Assembly: GCA_032718475.1 (NCBI GenBank)
Contig: JAUCBJ010000693.1
Coordinates: forward strand, 1 to 43,388
Direction: 5' to 3'
Length of the DNA: 43,388 nt
Source of the DNA: Nemertoderma westbladi
Taxonomy: Eukaryota; Animalia; Xenacoelomorpha
The notes beneath the pieces were generated by a model, which was not told where the DNA came from, ran no database searches, and worked only from the letters and a program-made list of their open reading frames with translations. The position numbers were made by a program, and so were the translations under genes. Position 1 is the stretch's first letter; every line of letters begins with the position of its first letter. Of the stretch, positions 1 through 10,955 are shown piece by piece.

Positions 1-1645
1 TAACCTAGGTAACGTTTAACCAGCCACACCCTCACGCACACACCCCGGCACGTCCATACCCTTTTCTGTCCAACCTACTGGACAATTCAACAACCTATAG
101 GCCACCCCTCCATCACGCATCTCTCCCATCTTTATCTACTTCCTCTACATCTATCTCTGCATCTACTTCCTCTACTCTATCTACATCTTATCTCCTCTAC
201 ATCTACCTTTACATCTTATCCCCTTTACATCTCCTCGCCTGCACGTGACTCTCTGAGTGCCGTAAAAGTGGGTATGTTAATTATGTGAACAACTACTAAC
301 TCTTACTAACTCTTACTAACTCTACTAACTCTCTACTAACTCTTACTAACTCAACTAACTCTACTACTAACTCAACTAACTCCACTAACTTCTTGTGCCC
401 GGCACCTCTTGTGCCCGGCACCTCTTGTGCCCGGCACCCACCCTAATTAACATACCCTGATCTTGCATCAAACACGTCATCACGCCCGTGTCCTACTTAG
501 TTCAACGCATCCCCTGTACCCTTCTCATCTCTCCCATCTTCCTCCTCTAGCTCGCCTCATTTTCCGCCCCACTCTCTTCCTCTAATCCTTCTCGTTTCTG
601 GTCACCTGATGTCCTCAATGCCCACAGGTTTCTCCCTCTCCATACTCTACTTGGTTATCCCACTTCTGATAACCAACGGTATGCGTACATACCCCCCTTT
701 CATACCCGCACGTGACGCCCTCAGTCTACCTCAGTGCGTATGTTTTTCTTTTAACTACCTACACCTTCACGTCGGCGCGTCCGTACCCTTTTCTGTCCAA
801 CCTATTGGACCACTCAGCAACCTAAGGGACACTCCTCCATCAGGCACCCTACCATCTTCCCCCCTCTAGCTCGTCTCACTTTCCACCCCACTCTTTTCGG
901 CGAATCCTCTTTGTTCTTGGTTGTCTATACTGCCGATACTGTAATGGGGGAATGTCACCCTGCCCCCCCCCCCCCCCCCCCACCAATGTTATGTTTGGTA
1001 CTGGTGTTGATGTTAATATATTGGGGCCCATCCATCTATCTGCAATATCCCCCTCAACCTGGTATTTGCATATATTTGTTCTTGGTTTGTTTATATTGCC
1101 TATCTTCAAAATCCCCCTCAACCGGGTATATGTTATGTCCCTGCATGCTATAGTCATACTGCTGTGCTGGTACCGGTATAGGCCTATCCACTTCTGGCCT
1201 ACCTACCGGTATCTACTCCACAACTTCCGGATCTAATCCCGTTGTTTGCGCTACCCTATCGGCTACATTATCTCTCCCAGCATGGCCTATAGTATGTGCA
1301 GTAAGGCCTACAGTATGTCCTGCAGTCTGTACGTTTCCCTCCGGACTGAAGTTTAACCTTCTCAAATAATCCAAGAAGCCCTCCCGGTGGCTACCGTACT
1401 CTCGATCGGCAGCTATATCCCGTCGGGAAGTTTCTCTTCGATCCCCTCTCATGTTCTCGTTCTCGTACCGGTACGCCCTGTACCCCTCTCTCGGCGTATA
1501 GTACACCTCGTCGGGTCGGGTCTCTCCGGGACGACGGCAATCTCCCGGAGTTCGACCCCACCGACTCTCCAACTCCATCTCTACTACCGACGGCTCGCTA
1601 CCCATCTTCGCTCTCCTGTCGCTCGTAACGACACTTCTTCTACTC
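1..1645 (-). mobile_element. Degenerate low-complexity coding region of the host LTR element (continues at 14696 once the BEL insertion is removed)
   Basis: TSD TACTC at 1641-1645 and 14696-14700 joins this segment to 14696-15880. Both have the same purine-rich minus strand and broken R/E/G-rich ORFs (e.g. 1213-1605). Diverged internal repeats ~40-130 vs ~770-860 and ~525-605 vs ~848-925. Confidence 0.55.
270..457. repeat. Small inverted-repeat-bounded insertion (MITE/HINE-like) with internal ACTAACTCT microsatellite and 3x CTTGTGCCCGGCAC repeat
   Basis: GGGTATGTTAATTA (270-283) and TAATTAACATACCC (444-457) are perfect 14-bp inverted repeats. No clear TSD. Confidence 0.5.
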
Positions 1646-2751
1646 TGTTCGCGCTTTTAGACCTTTAGCAGTTTAACCTGCCAATTTTAGTTGTCCTTTT
1701 GTTTATAAATCGACTTTAGCCTATATCAATTACCTAGTGTACTGAAGTTACATCAGCCGAAGCCAGTCCGTGAGCGACCTATCACCCACGGTGTGGGAGA
1801 CTGGATTCGGATTCCTTGAGAGTTATTGCAATGTAGACCTACTGTATCATTCGATTGATCGTTACTATATAATCTCTGACCAATATATTTACTTTCGGGG
1901 AAATATTAACAGTTCCTTTAGGACGTTAAGTATAAAAACAGAGTTATGACTTATACTAATCACAACTAGATGGCCACAGAGTTTCGTAAATAGTGCATTC
2001 TTTAGGAGATTCTTTATTAACCTTCACACTACTTCACACTACTTCACACTACTTCGCACTGATCTGCCGACCGTCACTGAATTTGATCATATATAAGGAG
2101 GATCACAACTGACACACGTAGGGATTATGAAATAGCATTTAATTCACACAAAAACCACTATAATTTAAGTCACAGTTGCTACCGGTAAACCTGTTCCTCT
2201 TACCTTCAGTAATCAAGAAGATTGGGGGTTTTATGATTATTTATCAGTATTCTCCAAATATAATAACAATATCCATTAATATAACAACAATTAATAACAG
2301 AAGTAAAATAATGCGGTGATTTAGCAACATGCAGTCAGTTAAGTAAATGAGAAATGACAAGTGTTACAATGAGTGCCCAGTGAGATGAAATGTTAATAGT
2401 TTTACGTTCTTATAATCAAGGCCATCTGATGTTCCGGCCAAAGTCTGAAACTTCTACACAGAAGCACAGAAAATTCCGAGCTGGCTCTGAGGCTCAGAAA
2501 AATAGTAAACAAAGACCGTAATGCATTGCGCGAGTTTCCATAGGCCTCTGTCAGACATAAAGGGAAAATTGCTCTGATTGGCTGAATGAGGCAGAACAAA
2601 GAAATTCCACGTCCACAAAGAATCAGCTGATAGATTTCGTCATACTAGCTATAATTCCTTCCCGTCGCGTAGTTGGATAAATTTAGATCTATTTTAGAGT
2701 ATTCTGCGCATTGCGGAAAAATGACTTGTTATGTCCGCAAAAGCTTTTACA
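1646..2751 (-). repeat. 3' LTR of BEL element 1 (1106 bp)
   Basis: Starts TGTAAAAGCTT on minus right after the purine tract and ends CGCGAACA at the TSD. Same termini as LTR 17016-18260. Confidence 0.9.
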
Positions 2752-2760
2752 CCGCTCCCA
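2752..2760 (-). promoter_or_regulatory. Polypurine tract (TGGGAGCGG) abutting the 3' LTR
   Basis: Directly precedes TGT of the LTR on minus. Identical at 18261-18269 in element 2. Confidence 0.7.
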
Positions 2761-2829
2761 GAAAATGGGATTTAAGTCTATAAAATATAAAAAATCACAG
2801 TTTCTAAAATACAAAAATACTCTAAACTA

Positions 2830-5038
2830 TTAGTCCTTCTTTTGTGAACGGCGTTTACGAAGTTTTTTGAGGTTAGTAAGAGTCCTTTTCTCTTTGGGGC
2901 GAGCCACTTTACTAGGAGGGCTATAACTCCTGGGTGAGGGGTGCAATACAATTGCATCGGAAGGTTTCGGATTACGGTCGGTGTATCCGCCGGTCGAGGT
3001 ACCCGGTTGATCGATATCAACCTCAGTGGAACGAGGTCGAGCAACCTTTAGAGCGCATTTCAGGACAGCAGCTCTTACTGGTCCCTGACGGGTCGTTTGC
3101 ATGAGAGCGGTAGGTGGACCGTGAGTAGTGATAAATTTCCTCGGTTTGATGGTTCTTTCTAACTCGCGTTCTCTGGCTTTATATTCATATGGTCGTCTAT
3201 GAACTTCTTGTAGCTCTGGATGCGAGTTTATGAACAAGTCACCGCGGGATTTATAGAGGATATATATATAGGTAGAAACTTTAAACTGTGTGTAGGATCT
3301 TCCGGTTTCACCATATAATATTGAGTTAAATTGACATAATAAGGATGGTCTTTGATCCCATAAAATGAGTTCGGTAAAGGTCTAGCGCATAGGTTGACCT
3401 CGTGAACCATATGACAGACAAGATCTGCTCGATTGTCCGGAGGTTCAACGAGTATACCGTGGACACGAGCGGCCTCAATTGGCGGATGTTGTAACATAGG
3501 AGCGTCAGCGATAAGATCTCTAGATCTTAAGTTGATATCAACCGGTTGGGGTTGTACCGTGGCGAAGAGTTTGTCTCCGAAATGGGGAACCATCGAAGGA
3601 TGAATAATGGTTTTGGAATAGAGATCAGTCATAAGGATTTGAGCTTCTGGCTGGGCTAAAGCTGCTTCTTCTCTCTCGTCCATTTCGATGTGCTTCTCCT
3701 CGAGCTGATTTTCCTCCGCTTGTCGTTGGAAACGTTCGTCCAAAAACTCTTGCAGAGAGTAGGTTCGTCCGAGTTCGATATCTTCTTCGAGATTCTGGAT
3801 TTCCCGATCGAACTGAGGTAAAGCTAATTCTTTTACCGCTTGGACTTGTTGTTGCAATTTACGTTTGTCTAAACAATCGTAGGTTCCTTTTCCGATCTTT
3901 TGCCGAATAGCGTCTAACGCGTTTCATCCACCTCCACCTCGGTGACGGGTTGTATCGGGGTTAAACCGGGACGATTATACGGGTTGAACGGCGATATTAG
4001 ATGTCCGCGTCCCAATCCGGCTAGGTGGGATGGGCGAATATCTAGGGAGCCCACAACCGGAGTGCCACCGACTAATTGTTCGGGTAACACTAGATCTTTG
4101 AACAATGAGTACAGTTCAGGAGGATCCGTCATACTATTAGGATCAAGAGTCTGAGGTCTCACCAGGGAATGAGGAGGTCTGTCCGAGTATTCCGGAACTC
4201 TGATCATAGGTTTATTTAAGGATCGTTTGAGTCGAGCGAGCGTAGGTGATACGTCGAACAAGTTTCGCTCGAAACTCCCGTAAGTATAGCGAGTAAAACT
4301 GTGTTTAGCGCAACGTCTCCACGGATGTTTATGTCTTTCCGTTTGTTGGTTTGGTCTAGGGCATTCATCGCAATAATACCAAAGAAGCACATCTTGTAGG
4401 GGAAACGCGGGTGTTCTTTCTCCAGTTTTACAATATTCCTCCATCTGTTCGAAGCTATCCGGTACAACAGGTAGCAGTCGATCGGCGGTAAGATACATCA
4501 TAGTGAAATAGAGTCATTTGAGTTCTATCATAGGGTTATGATGTATACCTTGAGGATATCGAGTTTCTAGATTTTGTTCACTGGCTACATTGAGATATGT
4601 TTCTCTTAAGAATTCCAAATATTCGTTGAAGTCACTGCGTTTATCCGGCTCTTCAACGTCTTCTCTTTCGAGTCGGTTTCGAATAGAATTCTCATGTTCA
4701 ATTCTCAGTTTATCGTTCCGACTCCGCTGGGTATGATATTTAAATAGGATCATTTCCCTTTCGGTGTCTACATCGTCCGTATCGTGTAAATCGATAGGAT
4801 GACCAATAGTTAAGAAGTCCATATACGTACCATTACGATGCATATAGCGAGCGGTGAATTTTCTATAGTCCAATTCACGTGTGAGCTGTTCCTTTGACAT
4901 TGGCGGTTCGATATAACGGCCATCGTCCTCCGTAGTAGGTTGACTAGCGTCGCCGCTTATTAAACTATCAATAAATGCTTGCAATGGTAGGGTATATCGC
5001 TCCCTGATACCAAGATCATCTTCTATTAACTCAGTCAT
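2830..5038 (-). pseudogene. BEL accessory ORF (~735 aa reconstructed), function unknown, not Env-like
   Basis: ORFs 4514-5038 and 3914-4501 are in frame across one TGA. Frameshifts near 3922 and in the TA run near 3260-3270 link 3228-3857 and 2830-3237. N and C parts are homologous to 18339-19593. Basic tail KKLRKRRSQKKD. Confidence 0.75.
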
Positions 5039-5244
5039 AGCTGCTATATGAGTTTATCGATATTATAATTAATGATATTTAGGCCAGCGGTCGTCACTGC
5101 CTCCCCCTCAATGCCCCCGGACAGCGCAAGATCCTCAGCGCTGATGTACTGTCGTCGCTGTGCCTCTCGCCAACGTAGTAGCTACACAACGACAACAATA
5201 ACCAGCGCGAGTCACTCCACTGTCCGTCCCAATGGCTTAGATTT

Positions 5245-5820
5245 TGTGAGCGGATTCAATTCCACCTCACCAAACCCCATAAAGTGGGAAAGAGCGCCTT
5301 TAAGCAATATTGGGGAGTACGAGGTTGATTAACAACCAACCTCGTATCACCCCCAATAAACCGGGGACGACAAACCCCAGAGGGCCTCACACAATGGAGG
5401 TCAGAGGTTAAGCCTCCAGGGAGAAAGAAAGTAACAGCAGCGGGGGGGGGGGGGGGGGAAACACCCCCGCAGAGCAGAAGGTGTGAAGTAGGTTACTAGC
5501 CAATGGGGGGCAGGCATCAGCTGAGTAACACGGCCAAACCTAGAGTAGTATATTACCGGTCGGTGTTGCTCATTCATTCAGTTTACTCAGTACAGTCATG
5601 GCAGTACGGTGACAATTTAAGACCGTCACCGCCCTCACCCATATTACCAGCAGTATTCAGTCATTAGTGCTATCTGCTATCATATCTACTTGTTGCTATT
5701 ATATACCATACTTTATATTATCTATAACATTGGAAGAACAACAAACTCCTTTTCACTCACACGGCGGGGACGCATACATAAACAACACCGGATAAACCGG
5801 GATCCTCGGATCCTGTCACA
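5245..5820 (+). mobile_element. Solo LTR (576 bp), same family as LTR 38744-39103
   Basis: TGTGAGCGGATTCAATTCC...GATCCTGTCACA with TSD GATTT (5240-5244, 5821-5825). CCAAT ~5500, TA-rich box ~5550, TCATTCAGT ~5574. Confidence 0.9.
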
Positions 5821-6446
5821 GATTTACTGGAGGTTCTTGCTACAGAGGCAGGGTAACTTTCACAACTGCGACTTGCTACTGTAAACACACTTTAGTAGTA
5901 ACATTCACCTATAAATACACAAATTCCACACTCCTGTCACAAATTGTACACATTCGGGCCATTTGTCCATTAGTCAAGTGCCTTCCAGAATGCCACGTTA
6001 TTAATATGTATCCCTGGATACTAGCAGGGTGCTATTTATTCCGTATGCTATTCAATGGGGCAAGCTTTCTATTGTTCTTTTAACTCGCTTCTAATTCTAG
6101 CGTGGTTGTTGCTTTGGTGACATTATGGAAAGCTAGCAGTAGAATTAGGGTAATTCTCATGCATACAGATCTGGGATGCTATTTAATAGTAATTCTTTAA
6201 TTGTCAATATTCCCCTTTATACATGATTTTATGAATTTTATCGGCTATTGACTATACATTGGAGATTCTCGCACACTAATATACTTAATAGGGTGAATCT
6301 CCGCTCCCATGATCTATTAATTAATGATATTTTGGGAATGTTATAAATTGTATAAAATGACAATTTATCAAATTCATGAGAGGATATGAATTTAAAATTT
6401 ATTCCCGTAAAATATTTTAAAATATTTGATATTAAAATAGACACAA

Positions 6447-6870
6447 TTTTATTCCAGAACATGTCTGGGGACTAGGATCCTTAATTCTAGAAATTTTGTC
6501 TTTTTAAGAGTATCGGTAAGTGCTACGATATCTTACTCGACTAGAATTTTAGAGGATCTAAATTTTAACAGATTTTCATTTACATACTCTCTAGAGTTAA
6601 TTTGTCAGCATTTACTCTATTATAACATTTGTTTTAACAGATTTTATAAATATTTATTAAATATTTAATATTTAAGATGGGCACCGATTTATTCCAGAAC
6701 ATGTCTGGGGATGTTAACAACTGATTCTAAAATTTTGTCTTTCAAATATATCGGTGGGTGCCGCGATATCTTAATCGACTAGAATTTCAGATGGTCAAAG
6801 GGTTTAACAGATTTATTTTGCGTTTTAACGCTACTGTTAAATGGACATCATTCTACTATATGTATTATTT
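6447..6870. repeat. Diverged ~240-bp tandem duplication in the pol/accessory-ORF spacer
   Basis: TTTATTCCAGAACATGTCTGGGGA at ~6448 and ~6688, followed by colinear blocks (AAATTTTGTCTTT, CGATATCTTA, TCGACTAGAATTT, TTTAACAGATTT). Confidence 0.8.
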
Positions 6871-7340
6871 AATATACGGTATGAGAGCAATATTGCAAGA
6901 AGCAATGTCAGTGAGAAGAGGCAAGTCGTTTCCAAGGTCTACCCAGAGCTTGGTTTAGCCGAGACACGAGGATCTGAACTTTGCATTCCTAATACTCTAC
7001 TTACCAATAATACTTAAGTATAGTAGGGGCGGTATTGTACTTTAATAAGTACGGACATTTCATCTTACTGTAGTCACGTATTTATAGTATGATACGGACA
7101 GTAAGGAAAGAGAAAAAGAATTATTTCTCGCCGTTAAACGAAATATATAATGCTAAGTAATTAAGTAATAAACACGAATATATATTGCACTAATCTACTG
7201 AATAATCATTAAAATATTATTCTACTAAATAAAATTAAAGAAAACGATTATAATAATAAAATTACATAATAATGCATGCATAAATATAAAAATAATAAAA
7301 AATATAAAATAATGTAGTCACACACCCACTCCAAACGCTG

Positions 7341-10300
7341 TTACGTTGGGGAGTCCCTAGATGTTTGTTGGATTAGGGAGGTGGTCGTGGGAAGAGTATC
7401 TTGCCTTCCATAGTTTCCGGATAACTCTCGGTCTCTTTCCAGTAAACATAAACGACCAACTGGGCGATTAAGTTGTTGTGTTTCGAATACGATTCCAGGT
7501 TTCTTAAAGTTACGTCGCATGACGACGAGTTCTACCGATCGCACTAAACCATCATCGGATATATGAGTCTCGATGATTCGACCTGTCTGCCACCGCTTAC
7601 GTGGAAGATCTGATTCCACAATAAGGACCATGTCTCCAGCGCTGACGTTTTCTTGCTGCGCAAACCACGTTGTTCGAAGTTGTAGCGTAGGAAGATAATG
7701 TTTTTCAAAATGGTCAGCGAAACGACGGGATAATAACTGCATAAGTTGCCAAGTTTGTCGGCAGTATTCGTCTCCGTCCGTGATTTCCGATTGCGGGAGC
7801 ATGGCTACAGGTTTCTTTAGCAGGAAATGCGCGGGTGTTAGCGCTTCTAGGGAGTCGGGACTCGATGAGACTGGCATAAGCGGTCTCTCGTTAAGATAGG
7901 CGGCGATTTCTTCCATTAATGTCCGCAAAAGTTCGTCGGTGAGATACGCGCGGCACCTCACTATAAAGTGAAATGCGGTCTTCACGCTCCGTATTAATCT
8001 CTCCCAACTTCCTCCCCACCAAGGGGCGTCGGCGGCGTTGAAGGTCCAGCTAGATGCTGTTACCCTTAGCTGATCGTCCACCTGTCTTTGGTTACAATCT
8101 TTCATATAATCTTTGATCTCATTATTGGCGCCAATGAAGTTTGTTCCTTTGTCGGATCTCATGGTATTGCTAGTCCCAAAACGAGCGATCTGTCGGCGTA
8201 AACTCAGTATGAAGCTGTTGGTAGATAGATCGTTCACCATATCTAGATGGATCGCTCTACAAGTCATACAGACAAAGATGACACACCATCGCTTGACTAT
8301 AGTCCTAGCACGATATACTTCAATAGGGCCAAATAAATCCACACCAGTATTAGTAAAGGATGGCTCATAGAAGCTTACTCGTTCCCTAGGTAATTCTGCC
8401 TCTCGCTGTGTTAAAGGCCTACTGAATGCTTTCCTACAGGGTATACAGTTCCTAAGAACTTGGTTTAGAGCTCTACGGGGCTTATGGAAATAATAGCGAG
8501 TTCGAATTTCGCTAAGAACTCGTTCTCTACCAGCATGGTAAAGCCTACTGTGAACATCTACAATCATCTTGATTTGTATTTCAAGATTTCTAATGAGTAT
8601 GGGAAATTTAGTGTCAAAGGACAATGGAGCATTAGTTAATCTCCCTCCGACACATATTAACCCATCTATCATTGTGCTAGAGAAACGATCCCTTAAGCGC
8701 ATCTGTGGATTTCTCAACAACAGGAAATACTTATCGGAATCTTCGTAGCATTGCAGGAGTCTCAGTATCTGCTTATTGGTATCATCATGCTCTTGGTAAC
8801 TGATCTTCTCTGTCAGAAACCTATCCGACACTTTATAAGCGGGAAGGTCTTTATAGCATGGACCTTTTCGGATATTATTGGAGCGGTATCACTAGCGATC
8901 TTCGTCCTGGAATAGTGATGATGGAAACATCTTTTCAAATACACGATGGCCTTACAAAGCTGATTCCAGGAGCTATAATGATTTATTGCTCTCTGCAGGA
9001 GAGGGCAGAGTCCTTGCGAGACATCTGGTGTTCCAGATTTCCAGTCTCTTTCTCTGATTTCTATAACAGATTTGTTCGTGGTGGGGGAGTTTAGATCCAC
9101 AGCGTCATCCCCAGAGATGTGTAGTACAGACAGATCTATCACGGGTTTAAATAACTTTGATTTACTCATCTGGGTTTTAGGTTTGACTTTCTCCGCTCCC
9201 TTGGCTTGTCTAATCTCAGCCATGGTGAGATGAGGAGGCCATTCATCCTCTTCTTTACTTAGGAAGTCAGGTCCACCTCACCAGTCTGGAGTATCTATCA
9301 GTTCTTGAGGAGTTGCTCCTCTGGAAGCGATGTCGGCTGGATTAATTGTCCCAGGGCAATGTCTCCATTTATCTACATTAGAGCGACTGAGTATAATGTC
9401 TACTCGGTTGGTAACGAAGACGCTGAACTGACAGACTTTATTTGTTATATACTCCAGAACGAGTAAAGCATCAGTCCAATAGACATTTTTCTCCTGTGGA
9501 TAGTCAATCTGTTCTGTTACATTCCGTCCGATGGCTGTAGCGTATAGAGATTTGTTGTTTATTAAGGCCTTAGAGGTAACCAAGGTAACTTTAATTCCAT
9601 CCGGAGTTTCAACCCTCAGGTAGGCTACTATACCTATTCCCATATCGCTGGCGTCTCCAAACACATGGAGTTGATAGGAATACGTGGGGAGAACGTGACC
9701 AAAATATGAACGGGAAATCTTAACGTTCTCGATGGATGGTAGAGCATCTTCCCATTTCATCCACTTCTTTAGTAGTTCTCCCTTAAGTGGATCATCCCAC
9801 GAGTGGTTTTCGAGCCACATTTGTTGCACTAAGCTCCGAGCAACTAATATAACTGGGCTAATAAATCCCAATGGATCGAAATAAGTGCTCAGGATACTTA
9901 GACAAATCCGTTTAGTTCTAACTGGATTATCTCGCTGTTTTAACTGGAAAAACAAGATATCTCTCTCCGTGTCCCATTTTAAGCCAAGTGTTTTGGATTC
10001 CGGAAGATCGTCCTTGATGAGGTCCAGATCTTTAACACCTCGGTCTTCTACCGGGATCGATTCCAGAAACTCACGGGAGTTACTAGTGAATTTGGTTAGC
10101 CGAAATCCACCACGTTGCAAGCACTCCACCGTTCCCTTGGCAACATCAATGGCTTCTTCCACCGATGGGAGAGACTTTAAATTGTCGTCCATGTATATAT
10201 CCCATTTGATGTTGTCGATAACCGATTTAGAGAAGGCGTCTCGGTTGTCATCGGCAGTTGTACGCACTACCTAACAAGCGTTCCAGGGGCTCGAGATGAT

Positions 10301-10955
10301 CCCGAAAGCCTGGATGGTCATCCAGTACTCCACCAGTTTTCGGTTGAGGTCTCCTTCAGGCCACCACAGAAATTGTGCGATCCCTATCCAGTGCCTTGAC
10401 TTGTAAGAACATGCCTTCTATGACCGAAGCGAATGCGATAGAATATTGCCGCAGTCTCAATAATATTCCCAACAAAGATTGGAGTAAGTTGGGTCCCGGC
10501 AACAGTTCTGAGTTCAGGGATTGACCCATGTAAAGGGCGGAGCCGTCAAACACTATCCGTACTTCGTTGGGTTTATCGGGCTTGGGAACGTAATGACGTG
10601 TTAGATAATACGTTCTCTCCGTTATAGGTGTTTCTTCCGGAACTCGCTCCGCGTATCCTTTATCAATAAATTTCTTCAGCTGGGTTTTATACATTTCCCT
10701 GGCTTGAACGTTGGCCGTAAGACGCCGATGTAGTTGGGCGATTATCTTTTCTGCTAAAGGTCGGTTATTTATAAAGCTGGGTTCTCGCCGTCGGAATGGA
10801 AGACCAATCTCATAGCGACCTTCGTCCTTCAGATAACGGGTTGTCGTTTCCTGAATCTGCTTGGCTCTCTCTTCCTCGACAGACAAGGCTTTGTCGTAGG
10901 AATTAGGCTCTATGGCTTCTTGGCTTCTCCTCGTATGAGATTTGGCTTTCGCCAT
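7341..10955 (-). pseudogene. pol: BEL/Pao pol: RT, RNase H, integrase; disrupted
   Basis: RT RIVFDGSA, LNSELLPGPNL, YMDD. RNase H LHVFGDAS and NPADIASRG. IN HSRLYH...CIPC, GVDLFGP, SDKGTNF, WERLIRSVK, EALTPAHFL. Split by frameshifts and stops into 10356-10955, 9278-10267, 8813-9223, 7341-8831. Confidence 0.95.

Noticed and set aside
2830-5038. env call for the BEL 3' ORF
   Set aside because: No signal peptide or transmembrane segment is visible, and the C-terminus is strongly basic.
7025-7040. AGGGGCGGTATTGT resembling a BEL PPT plus LTR start
   Set aside because: On the strand opposite pol, and no second copy of the following sequence was found.
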